A DNA stretch of 62,447 bases, counting the filler, from Stramenopiles sp. TOSAG23-2 (lineage: Eukaryota), in assembly GCA_900128395.1 (NCBI GenBank). It is 5 parts of 5 records of this genome, joined end to end, with 100 filler letters (N's around TTAATTAATTAA, not from the genome) between each part and the next. Parts side by side here need not be neighbours in the genome. Positions count along the whole stretch, not along the records: positions 28,773 to 57,335 come from LT649398.1; 4 more parts are not named here. One strand, given 5' to 3'. The notes below the pieces were generated by a model that searched no databases, was not told the DNA's origin, and saw only the letters and a program-made list of their open reading frames with translations. This document shows positions 39,986 to 51,222 of this stretch, piece after piece (within the stretch, counting starts at the first letter, position 1; every line of letters begins with the position of its first letter). The position numbers and the translations under genes were made by a program.

Positions 39986-41749
39986 CTACTTCTTCTTTTT
40001 CTTTTTCACAATTGGTTTCCCACGAACTGTTGCCCAACAAAAAAAATTACATCTACTACCTTCTTTACCTTTTTCCCCTGGTGGATTTGCACAGACATAA
40101 AATCGTTTTCCTTTTGATTTAGCAGTATTTGATATTCGTAAAACCGTTTTAATGCCACATTTACATAATGGTGCATTTACTGTTTTACCTTTACCATTTA
40201 ACATTGTTTTCCAAGTTTTTTTTACGTCTGGATAAGATGATGATGAATTAATATTATTATTATTGTTGTTGTTAGTAATAACATCATCATTGTATCTTGG
40301 TTTCTTTACAATACGACTTAATGTAATCTTTCCATTATTATTATTATTATCATATTTAGTATTACTACTATTACGCTTTAAATTATTTTTTGATGATAAT
40401 GACGATGTTGTTCTTGTTTTCATTAATCCAAGATCAAATAATGATTTTTGTTTTGGTTTTCCTTTTTTCATACTACTACCACGATTTATCATGTGTTTAC
40501 TAAATAAACTATTACTATGATTATGATTATTTTTGACCATAAAATGATCCATTTTTTTTTGTCCAGAAAATTTTTTATAATTAGCTGCACATAATGATGG
40601 TAAAACAGGTACAGGTTTCATAATATTACCATCAAACTGTAATGATAATTTTAATTCAATTGGAGCATGATCTGATCCTTCAATAGTATCTAATACATTT
40701 GAAGCAATTACGCATTTCTTTGTAAAATTATTTGTTGGTCCTGTTAAAAAATAATCAATACGAGAACCATAATTATTTTTACGTGCACTTGTTTTCATTG
40801 ACCAACATGAATATTTCCTTAATTCTGGATTCATATAACGAAATGTATCTGTAAAAATATTTTTATCTTCAAGCATTTCTAAAAGCCATAAAGTTGATTC
40901 TGAAAAGTTTTTCGTAGCAGCATTAGCATTATTATCATTTACATTATCAATTATAACGTTGTTGTCATCGTTATCATCATGACTATTATTATTATTATCA
41001 TTTTTTTTATATTTTCTTTTCTTTTTATCATCCTCATCATTCCATGCATAATCTAATGGATTTCCTGTTGAACAATTTAAATCTCCGCAAATGATAACAT
41101 TACGACCAGAATGAATTAATGATTGTGAACGATGTGATACCATATTTAAAAAATAAAGTTTAAATTTTTTACGTTCTTCATATTTTTCAGGTTCTTCATC
41201 AATATCAACTGTTAATGCAGGACAATATAAATTCAATATAACAAATTCTTCATGATCTGTAATAACACAACGACCTTCACTATCAATATCTTTCATAACG
41301 TCATTATCAATTGGGAAGTCATTAAAGACGTTGATGTTATTACCAATAGATGGAGTTGAGGACATTGTATTATTAATATTGTTATTATTTACATTTTTGT
41401 TGTTGCTGTTTTGATTAGGTGATGGAGTCCAAATTCCAGTTATACCATCTTCCGCATCGATTGTATTAATCAAAGATTTTTTTTTTACCAATGTTACTGT
41501 ACCACTATATCCAGCTTTATGTTTTGTTCGTCTAGAAAAGGAATAAAATGCATCATAACTAGGTGGACAAGCTAATGATTCATCTAATTCATTTTTAGTC
41601 AATTTTGTTTCTTGAAAACATGCAATATCTGGTGAATTCAAAAAAGTTAATAATTCTTCTAAATTTTTTAAATTTAACCGCCGTATACATGCTTTGATTG
41701 AATTAACGTTCCAACAAATAATATTTACATTGTTGCTATTATTTTCCAT
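39986..41749 (-). CDS. APEX2: AP endonuclease 2 (ExoIII family with C-terminal GRF zinc finger)
   Basis: Motifs WNVNS, CFQETK, GYSG, DSEGRCVITDH, GDLN, GSRIDY and GSDHAP; PIP-like QKKMDHF/QKSLFDL; CKCG...GKRFYVC...CNFFCW. Confidence 0.95.
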   Translation of the reverse strand: MENNSNNVNIICWNVNSIKACIRRLNLKNLEELLTFLNSPDIACFQETKLTKNELDESLACPPSYDAFYSFSRRTKHKAGYSGTVTLVKKKSLINTIDAEDGITGIWTPSPNQNSNNKNVNNNNINNTMSSTPSIGNNINVFNDFPIDNDVMKDIDSEGRCVITDHEEFVILNLYCPALTVDIDEEPEKYEERKKFKLYFLNMVSHRSQSLIHSGRNVIICGDLNCSTGNPLDYAWNDEDDKKKRKYKKNDNNNNSHDDNDDNNVIIDNVNDNNANAATKNFSESTLWLLEMLEDKNIFTDTFRYMNPELRKYSCWSMKTSARKNNYGSRIDYFLTGPTNNFTKKCVIASNVLDTIEGSDHAPIELKLSLQFDGNIMKPVPVLPSLCAANYKKFSGQKKMDHFMVKNNHNHSNSLFSKHMINRGSSMKKGKPKQKSLFDLGLMKTRTTSSLSSKNNLKRNSSNTKYDNNNNNGKITLSRIVKKPRYNDDVITNNNNNNNINSSSSYPDVKKTWKTMLNGKGKTVNAPLCKCGIKTVLRISNTAKSKGKRFYVCANPPGEKGKEGSRCNFFCWATVRGKPIVKKKKKK

Positions 41750-42555
41750 TGTTACTGTTGTTAACGACTGTGCGTGATTCGAATTATTGTATGTGGTTTA
41801 TTTTATATATATATATCTACTATATATTATATATACATGCACCTGTATTGTTGAATTGAAAAATGCTTTTTTTTTGTGTTTTATTATATCCTAATATGAT
41901 AACGAACTACTATTGAAGAAAATAAATATTCTTTGATTAATTAGAAACTTATATAGATGAAATAAATATAAATTGAATCGAAGAGATACTCGTTGATCTT
42001 ACAAATTATCAACATAAACAACATAAACTAAATTTCTATTTTGAAGAAGTAATTAAAAATATATTAATAACAAACAAGAAGATATTTCACATTATTATTA
42101 TTAAGTAACACTCAAATAATATAATAATTTTAACACTACATACTATTGAAAAAATAACACTTGCTGTGTCATGCTATATCACGCTAAAATTGGTGGCAGA
42201 ACCTTACGGTGGGACGGTGAAGGGGCGAAGGCGAAAACATGAAAGGGGAATCAGGAATATTCGGACTATACAAACATCCATACTTAATTTCTCCTTGCGT
42301 CTAATATTATTAGCACGCGTATACGGTATAGCTAAGGAATAAATATGCCATATGGCAAACCACACACATATGTCCAACTGTAATGAACTGTGTCACATAA
42401 ATATAGCTATAGATTAAGATATGTATTACTCCGGGTACCTCCAAAGCATATAAACTTAGCATTCCGAGTGAAGCGTTTATAATAATAGATGGTAGCTGTG
42501 TTTAGACTGTATTAACAAGAGGGAAAACAAGTTACATATATAAAACGCATACACC

Positions 42556-42789
42556 ATGGCAACTGAAGGGGAGAACGAGATTGAAACGACGACGATGAAA
42601 AATAATGACGGGGGGGAGGAGGAAAATGTAACAGAAGATGCAAAAAATGATGTAGTAGAAGATGATGATATAAAGGAAACAGCAAAAGAAGAAAAACAAG
42701 ATGAAACTATTGTGTCGCATAAAAATGTAGAATTAGCGGAAGAAGCAAATACAAAAGCAGAAGGATTGAAAGAGAGACTGAGATTATGA
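42556..42789 (+). pseudogene. Acidic 5' gene segment, probably the separated N-terminus of the 44565-45872 gene
   Basis: ATG in plausible context (ACCATGG) and E/D/K-rich coding composition. It stops shortly after GAGAGA (42772-42777), the same in-frame hexamer that opens the 44565 segment. Confidence 0.5.
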
Positions 42790-42933
42790 CATAATGTATA
42801 CTGTAGTTGACTTATGACTATTTTTATTCAGTTTGTTTCATATTGTTTTTTCATGTGATTTATGAAACTCCTGCTGATCAGCTGCCTGAAAACATCCCCA
42901 ACAAATAACTTAAAAAATAGAAACAAATTTATT

Positions 42934-43867
42934 TTATATCCCTCTACTTATTTTAGTTACGGCTTTAAGCCGTAACTAACTTCTTTTTTGTACTTGTGCC
43001 TATCAATCTCCTTGTAGTAAATGCTTCCAGGCTGTGGCAATGTATGTGATAGTTACGGCTTTAAGCCGTAACTATATTGTATATCAACACAGCATTAAAA
43101 TAAATCCATCTTTGGAGTAGGGTAGTCTAAAATACTATATATTTATTCTACTTTAAAAAAAAAAGAAAAAAATCCAGAATCGTTTCAATTTCATCTAAGG
43201 GATTTACATATATATATAATTTTATAATATTTATCGATATTATTTTAGTACGTATTACTATGAAAAATTTATTTTCGCAAAAGTAATAAAAGATTGCAAC
43301 TCATTACAAACATTTCATAAAACATTTCCTTTCATCAACAAAAATCCAATTGATGTGCTGATGCAAAATATTTTTTCTTTTGTTTGTTGTGTCAAAAAAA
43401 CTGGATTTTTATTGCATTTTTGGTATCAAATAGAAATTCCAGATTGAGCAGTCTGAGAAATATATTTTTCATTAAGAAAAAACATATGAAGGCAATGTAT
43501 CTTAATAATTATAATTACAACAAAATCTTTCTAATTAACATGAGCCTAAAATTACCAGAAAAATGAGCGAGAACCTTAACATATTTATATTAGTATGGAG
43601 ATAGCATCAAATTAAAATGACATTTTGGATAGTTTGTAAAAAACAGTTTCATAGGTGCAATAATTATTGTAATGATATTCCCATATTGATGAAATTTGTA
43701 GATGGTGTAGTCTAACTATGTGTGGATATAAATTTCCATATTATTAGTTACGGCAGTCTGCCGTAACGATGAAATTTGTAGATGGTGTAGTCTAACTATG
43801 TGTGGATATAAATTTCCATATTATTAGTTACGGCTTTAAGCCGTAACTAACTAGTAGAGGGATATAA
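42934..43867. mobile_element. MITE-like element (~930 bp) with palindrome-containing TIRs
   Basis: TTATATCCCTCTACT (42934-42948) is inverted at 43853-43867. Each end adjoins the palindrome TTAGTTACGGCTT-t-AAGCCGTAACTAA (42953-42979, 43824-43850), with extra copies at 43050-43074 and 43747-43767. An 80-bp tandem duplication starts at 43688 / 43768. Confidence 0.85.
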
Positions 43868-44269
43868 CACTGTGACATACAATGTATGATACAATACAAT
43901 AATAATTAAGGTAAATATAACATACCAATATATACATGCAATAATACATACTGGCATAATTATTGTCGTATACCGTATACAATGGGATATAAATAATAAC
44001 TCGGACCATAAAATTACTCTTAGAAGAATACGATGTAAAATATACTAGTATGTACGAAGCGTACGTACATTTTATCAAAATATATTAAATTTATATTTCA
44101 TATATTATTAATTAATGCATAACTTATATCATATATACTTCGTACATATTATGATACAAACTCGTACGAGTATATTTTTTTAAAAAATTAAATATACATA
44201 GTGAATGCTGTGTGATGCTAGATGCTTTTTAAAAAATTTAACCCTCTAAATATACTTACTATATTCTAA

Positions 44270-44485
44270 ATGCATTTTGATCCTATCATATATTTTCTGT
44301 TCGCCCGCTTGGATAGTTTATCAGATGCTGTCTTAAAAAGTAAGAAACGAACGGTGAAGGTAATCGAAAAATTGATTGCAAGTGTTCACATCGATAAAGT
44401 CGAATCTATTTCAAAAGGAGCATCCGTCTTTTATGCATGGACAAGTGGTGTATTGATGGATATAGATGAGGATTTTGGTAAATAA
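44270..44485 (+). pseudogene. 3' fragment of a paralogue of the downstream gene
   Basis: RLDSLSDAVLKSKKRTVKVIEKLIASVHIDKV...ASVFYAWTSGVLMDID aligns by eye to RVRSLDILSLKSKKKTLKLVGKMLLKIKVDDL...GKAFYGFVAGVMAELD in 44565-45872. Confidence 0.6.
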
Positions 44486-44564
44486 ATTATTTTTATACGC
44501 GCGAAGATATCGTCGTATAATATCATATGTATATATATATATATATATTACGTTATACGTACAG

Positions 44565-45872
44565 GAGAGAAAATTGTTTTCTCCTGGGACACCAGAATAT
44601 TCGTCGATTGCACGATTAATCATCCAAGTTTCCAGGGAAGAAATTGATATTGGACTAGGAAAAGAACAACTATTACGTTCATTTGGTACAGATAATACAG
44701 AAGCCGTGGTATTAATTGATGAATTTATAGATAAACTGATGGAACGTAGTGGTGCCAAGGTTGAGAAGAAAGAAGACCCTAAACCTACATTGACGGAGAT
44801 TCAATCATTTAATGAAATTCAAGATTTATTCGGAAATGTATTAAATGACGTTGTTGTTGTGGAAGATGCTCATGACATGGATGAAAAACAGCAAAAACAT
44901 GCAAAAAAGATTCGAAAAGAATTTAAAAAGCAATTGAGGGAAAGTCGTGATCGTAAATCAACTTTCGAATTTGATGGGTCGGGTGCGCAAACGAAATCGA
45001 TTAATAAAATGTTAACCGAAGTATTGAAATCAAAAGATCATGTGCGTATCAAACAAATTTGCACAGATGTGGAAAGCGTTGAACTAGCAGCAAAAACATT
45101 TAAAAACCAATTGAGCATATTAAATGACATTGTTGCTGAAGGGCAAGAAAAAGCAATGAAAGACTTACAAAAAGCTATTAATGATTCAAACAGTAGCCAT
45201 GAAGAACTGCAAAGTTGTTTAGACAAAGTTGCATTACTGAACTGCCCTGGATCAGATGCATTAGTGAAAGAGGGATTGGAAGTGTTTATACGGGCAGAGC
45301 ATTTCTCCAAATTACGCAAATTGGTTGATGACATTGGTTTTAAAGCATTTGCTGATATTGCACAAATTGGAGAGAGCAATGAATCAGTAGCAGTAATCGT
45401 TCGTGCGATGTTATTATTAATTGGCACGCCGCCAAAAGAGGTAGCTTCCTTTGATAATTGCATCGAATTAGTAACAAAAACTGGGAAAGAATCGGTTAAA
45501 TCGCGTGTACGAAGCCTTGATATTTTATCTTTAAAGAGTAAAAAGAAAACTTTAAAATTAGTTGGTAAGATGTTGTTGAAAATTAAAGTAGATGATTTAA
45601 CAAACACTGAGGCCGGAAAAGCATTTTATGGGTTTGTTGCTGGTGTTATGGCGGAGTTAGATCATAGCTATTTAGTAACAGATGCTGTTGTTGATCCAAC
45701 TGCTACATTATCATGGGGAAATGGTAAAGATACTGATGATGAAAAAGGTATTGAAAAATCTAAGGTTGAAGAAGTTAGTGCTGGTGAACAACTATTAGAT
45801 AATGTGGAAGTTGACAAAGTAGTAAAGAAAAAAAAACCAAAACTTAAAAGGAAAGGCACAATGATGCTTTAA
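44565..45872 (+). CDS. Helical protein of unknown function, 5'-incomplete; C-terminal segment weakly resembles a dynein stalk/MTBD-like helical motif
   Basis: Long open frame whose coding-like composition starts at GAGAGA 44565 after an AT-repeat tract. The track's start at 44466 runs through (AT)n and is unlikely. Confidence 0.7.
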   Translation, partial: ERKLFSPGTPEYSSIARLIIQVSREEIDIGLGKEQLLRSFGTDNTEAVVLIDEFIDKLMERSGAKVEKKEDPKPTLTEIQSFNEIQDLFGNVLNDVVVVEDAHDMDEKQQKHAKKIRKEFKKQLRESRDRKSTFEFDGSGAQTKSINKMLTEVLKSKDHVRIKQICTDVESVELAAKTFKNQLSILNDIVAEGQEKAMKDLQKAINDSNSSHEELQSCLDKVALLNCPGSDALVKEGLEVFIRAEHFSKLRKLVDDIGFKAFADIAQIGESNESVAVIVRAMLLLIGTPPKEVASFDNCIELVTKTGKESVKSRVRSLDILSLKSKKKTLKLVGKMLLKIKVDDLTNTEAGKAFYGFVAGVMAELDHSYLVTDAVVDPTATLSWGNGKDTDDEKGIEKSKVEEVSAGEQLLDNVEVDKVVKKKKPKLKRKGTMML

Positions 45873-46313
45873 AAATTTGTGAATTTTAAAATACGTACAT
45901 TTTATTAAAATATGTTTTATTATGAGCGCTTTAAAGTAAAAAAAAAATAAAAAAAATGAAAAACGCGAATAAAAATAAGGGTGTACGAATCTAAAAAAAA
46001 TTATACGACGTATTTTTACTTAAATTAAAAAAATATTTTTATTATATATTTTTGATACGTATTTTTTATAAATTAATATCATATATCTATTATAATTTAC
46101 GCATAATTTATTTTTAATTTTTACTCGCATGATAATTCCTACTCTTCAAAAGAATAAAATAACTGAAATAATCTATCTCACACAAGTGTGTTGATTAATA
46201 TATATATATATATATATTATATATAATAAAAATTCGTACAAACGTCGTACGAAGCGTACAAAATTCCGCACACTAAAAAATATGTCCCGTCCACCCTGGT
46301 CTACTCACTCTCC

Positions 46314-47351
46314 TCACTCCTCCTCGATTCTATTACACAAAATTCCTATATCTTCCACTGCTACTTCAACAGAATCGCCTTGTTTTAACCACAATGGAGG
46401 ATCTCTTGCAAATCCAACACCCTCCGGCGTTCCTGTTAAAATAATTGATCCTTTTGCTAATGTTGTGCCTTGGCTTAAAAAAGATATTAATTCTTGAACA
46501 TTAAAGATTAGATCATTTGTGTTTGAATTTTGCAACGTGATATCATTAACTGTTGTTTTTATATTTAAATTATTTGGATTTTTTATATTTGTTGATAAAC
46601 ATGGTCCTAATGGACAAAAAGTATCAAATCTGTGAGAGTGATGATTTGTTAGAGAGGATATCGTTTTTAGGTTTAGGGGAATACAATTTACTTACGATTT
46701 TGCCCTGTTCCATTGACCACCACCTTTTTTAGGTCCTTGCCAACGTCTAGCACTAACATCGTTACACACTGTGTAGCCTAGTATTATATTATCATCCACA
46801 TCATCGATTTTAATATCTTTTACATCTTGCTTTAACACTACTGCTAATTCAACCTCATAATCAACTTCTTGTCTTTCCTGGCATACGGTGGGTATTATTA
46901 CATCATCTTTATGGCCACACACAGATTGTGGATTTTTCATAAAATAAATAGGGTATTTAGGAGGTTCAAGACCAACCTCTTTTGCATGTGTTTTATAATT
47001 TAAACCAATGCCAAAAATAGCTGGTGGTATGGAAGACAGTATCGGCGCTAGCATTTTTTTAATTGTAACAGTTTTTTCATTTACAAAAATGTTTTCATCA
47101 ATAATACCTTTTGTATCTTCAATTGTTGATTCTACAAATTCATCTTTAATTACTTTTACTTGATCCCCAATATTTACATTATCAGAATCAGTCGTAACAG
47201 TCCAACGCGTTATATTTTCTTCTTCACAAAGAAATTTATAAAATTTTTTCAATGGTATAATAGAAGAGGTTGAAATTTGTTTTCTGCCGAATTTCAATAC
47301 CCTTAATGCTAGAGTTTTTGGTGGTAATGAAGAGGAGGCTATTGATGCCAT
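46314..47351 (-). CDS. Fumarylacetoacetate hydrolase (FAH) family protein, FAHD-like (exons 47351-46696, 46629-46314)
   Basis: Motifs GIGLNYKTH, DYEVELAVV and GYTVCNDVSAR. A phase-2 intron 46695-46630 restores KSFDTFCPLGP; ILTGTPEGVG follows. Confidence 0.95.
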
Positions 47352-47603
47352 GATAAAAATTGAATTGTTTGCTTGTTGTTGTTGTTGTTGTTATATGGAC
47401 TATTTTGTACGTCTCAGAGATATGTATGTGTAAAGGTATCATAACTATATATCTATATATCCTTGCTGCCGCCTTTTTTTTTGCATCTTCTTTTGACAAC
47501 AAGCTGGGCCAGCACACCAGGCACACCACACCAGCCCAGCCAGCCAGCACCCAGCACCACCCAAAAAATTAAAATTAAAAATAATATTTTTTTTTTTTTT
47601 AAG

Positions 47604-47645
47604 TAAGACACGAGAAGAGATCTTAAGATCTTCTCTCGTGTCTTA
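47604..47645. repeat. Imperfect 42-bp palindrome in the divergent FAH/ACAD intergenic region
   Basis: TAAGACACGAGA...AGATCTTAAGATCT...TCTCGTGTCTTA. Confidence 0.7.
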
Positions 47646-47867
47646 TTATTATTACCGTCTTACCTTCTATGCAGTGTGGAAAGGTATAATACATAGACAT
47701 CATAAGATATAGATAGGTATAGATAGATATACGAAACTAAAATTGTTAAAAGAATAAAAATCATACAAGAATTTCACAAACGGACGATATTATATTACAA
47801 GATATTATTCTGGTTTTTTTGACAATAAAAAGAAACAAAAAAACAAAAAAGAAGCAACTTTATCATC

Positions 47868-49355
47868 ATGAACTTTAATATACCACCAGATATACAAGCA
47901 TTATTAGAACGTATTGATAAATTCATTGAAGACAAAATTGTACCACTGGAACAACAAGATGACAATATTCGTTTCTTTGATCATCGACGTGAATATGCAA
48001 GGACTAATTTCGAGAAAGGTGGCTTGCCAAGAGAAGAGTGGGAAGCGTTGTTATTAAAGGCTAAGAAATTAGCAATTGAGGAAGGTATTTATTATTATCC
48101 ATTTCCAAAAGAATATGGTGGTATGGAAGGAACAAACCTAGGAATGGCTATCATACGTGAACATTTAGCAGCAAAAGGTTTAGGATTACATTGTGATTTG
48201 CAAAACGAACATGCTATTGTTGGAAATCAAGTTGGTTTGATCATGATGCTAACTTACGGAACGCAAGCACAAAAAGATGAATGGGTACAGCCAATGTTGA
48301 AATTAGAACGTGGATTTGCTTTTGGAATTTCTGAAGTAGGCCATGGAACCGATGCAACATATATGGATACACATGCAGTACAAGATGGTGATTATTGGAT
48401 TATCAATGGTGAAAAGCAATGGAATACTGGAATTCATAAAGCAAAGTATGATTTAGTCATGGCTAGAACATCAGGAAAAGACGGTCAAGCAGATGGCATT
48501 ACCGCATTTTTCGTTCCGATGGATGCACCTGGTGTAAAAGTTGAAGAATACATGTGGACATTTAACATGCCGACTGATCATGGGAGAATTTCATTCACAA
48601 ATGTACGTGTTCATAAAAAAGATATATTCAATGGCGAAGGTAAAGGATTAGCTGTCATGCAATTATTTTTCAATGAAAATCGTATACGACAAGCTGCATC
48701 ATCTTTAGGTGCTGCTCAATTTTGTGTTACAGAGGCTATTAAACGGGCACAAGAACGAAAACCATTTGGAAAGAAATTGTCAACAAATCAAGCAATACAA
48801 TTTCCATTGGCAGAATTGCAAACACGAATTGAAATGTTACGTGCATTAATTCATAAAACTGCATGGCAAATGGATACTTATGGTGCCTTTTCAGTTTCCA
48901 TGCAAGTTTCCATGTGCAATTATCAAGCAAATCGTCTATGTTGTGAAGCTGCAGATCAAGCTATGCAAACATTTGGTGGTATGGGCTGTACGTTTTACAT
49001 ATAATATATATTTACTTTCCTTCTTGAATTGCTCTATTTTTCATTTTCTAACAGAAACTTTTCTATATATATATATAAAATGTTCTCTTACTCATATATT
49101 ATATAAATTTCTATATATATATATATATACGTACAATTCATAGATTCAAGGCATACTCCATTTGAACATATTTATAGGCACCATCGAAGATATCGTATTA
49201 CAGAAGGTGCAGAGGAATTACAAATCCGAAGGGTAGCTGGCTATTTATTTGGTATTATGAAAAATGCATTGCCAAAAGGAGTAAGCAAGGCAGCAATTAA
49301 TATGCCTGGTCAAGGTGCTGGCACAAAAAAGAAAGGTGTCATGGCAAAGATTTAA
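47868..49355 (+). CDS. Acyl-CoA dehydrogenase of a bacterial-like subfamily (exons 47868-48987, 49144-49355)
   Basis: Motifs DDNIRFFDHRREYART, INGEKQW, RKPFGKKL..NQAIQF and AMQTFGGMG. A phase-1 intron 48988-49143 restores GYSRHTPFEHIYRHHRRYRITEG; ends AKI. Confidence 0.95.
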
Positions 49356-49572
49356 CTGTACACATTATTATTAATGATACGTAAAATTATTTTTATTATT
49401 CATCTGCACACACATTTATACTGCGACATGAAATATAAATAAAAAAATATTTTCGCTAAATCTTGCTCGATTTTTCCATTTACTTTCGTACTAAATTAAA
49501 GCATTATTTTTTATTTTTTAGCATTTATAACAGACAAAAGTACACTCTTCTAAAAATATTTTGTTATATTAT

Positions 49573-50533
49573 TTAAGCTGTTTTTGCCCCTCTTGGGGAC
49601 CATTCAATTGATGCATCATTCAATTCTTTTTTCACAGCCTGTGCATTTGTTTCCATTGATGTGACTAAAGCATGAACATCAGCACCACAAGCCATAAAGC
49701 GGTATCCCATTCCAGCAAGCATTCCATACATGGAAGGCATTCCCCAAAATCCTGGAACTACATTATTTGCCTTACATCCCTCAACAACCTTTCCAAGTAC
49801 ACCAAGATATTCTTCATCTTGAAATGTTGCCATACCAAGTTTTTGCATTTTACCCATTGAAATAGCAAGATCACCAGGGCCAACAAAAGCAATATCCAAT
49901 CCTGGAACAGCAAGAATTTCATCAAGATTTTTAGCTGCATCAGCAGTTTCAATTTGAACAGCAAGTAATGTTTCCTTGTTAATTTCTTGGGTGCGTCCAA
50001 TTGGTGCCATGCCGGTGCCGTATTTCATTGCAGTGCCACGAATATTAATATACATGGAACGGGAACCTTTTAATCGAGTCTCATCTGGATCTGGGTATTT
50101 TGAAACAGATACTGCAGCAATAACGTCAGCGGCGTTGTTGACATAAGGAACTAGAATTCCATCAGCACCAAGGTCATAGCATTGTTGAATCATAGCACGA
50201 TCGTATGCACCGGATACACGTACAAAAGATTTTGCACCACCAAGTTTAATAGCCATAAACATAGTAGATAACTGAGCATAAGTGAAAGCAGAATGTTGCA
50301 TGTCAACCATGACCCAATCATATCCAGTAGAAGCTGCAAATTCAGCTATTGTTGGATTAAAACTGTGTAGTGTAGCGTATGAATGAGGGATGTGTTAGAG
50401 GATGTCTCTTTTTTTTTAGGTTTTGGGGAATAATAGAAATTACTTACAGATTCAAGTTGTATCCCATTTTACATTTTCCATTAAGCATAGCAGCTTTGAA
50501 TTGTTCATTGGTCATATTATCTGGTACTGACAT
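49573..50533 (-). CDS. HpcH/HpaI class II pyruvate aldolase family (exons 50533-50448, 50362-49573)
   Basis: Motifs GYDWVMVDMQH, DLGADGILVPYV, QIET and AFVGPGDL. Phase-2 intron 50447-50363 (GTAAGT...CAG). Confidence 0.92.
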
Positions 50534-51222
50534 TGTTCTATTTGCTTGTGTTTTTTTGTTGTTGTGTTTTTTTGTTGTTGTTGTGTTCTTTTGTTGTTGT
50601 TGTTATTTATTATTTGTTTTTCGTTTATTTTCTATTAGCTAATCTCCCCCAATTCATTATATATATATATAATTATTTTTGTGTAAAAAAAGATATATGA
50701 TGCACTATTGTTTTCCTTTTTTTTTCGTGCGTGTGTGGTGAATGCCAGAATGTGCAAAAAGAAGGGGGCATAAAAAATGAACAATTTCCACCTCCGCTGA
50801 GTTCACCAACGTCGTTATATTTACCTTAAATTAGGCACTTTTTTGACTTAAACCGAAACCATGCTAAATAATTATATTTCATGTATATTAATTCAATTAA
50901 TGTCATTGTAAGTACTACAATAAGTAAAGTGAATCAGAAGTATACTAATTTTGGTCAATTTTGGTAAAGATGAGAATTGGATGAAATTTACTTCGTCAGA
51001 GGTGAACTTGGGAACTCGGCGGAGGTGTAAATTGTTCATTTTAAATGTCACCTGCTCTATATAGATACAGTTTAAGTCTAACACCATTGTATTTAGTAAC
51101 TATATAATTTTGCAATTTCAAAGCGAGAAAAGAAAATTAACATTTTAAAAGGGAAATGATACATAGGAACCTTCGCTCGACTTTCACTTGTTAGACTACA
51201 ACATTTTAAAATCAATATAACC

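Noticed and set aside
35578-41749. Methyltransferase plus nuclease neighbourhood as a restriction-modification-like system
   Set aside because: The genes are ordinary eukaryotic DNMT2 (a tRNA methyltransferase with the CFT motif) and APE2. Their adjacency is probably incidental.
42953-43850. Four palindromic ~25-bp repeats as a CRISPR array
   Set aside because: Spacing is irregular (about 97, 695 and 80 bp), one spacer is duplicated, there are no cas genes and the context is eukaryotic. A MITE explains it.
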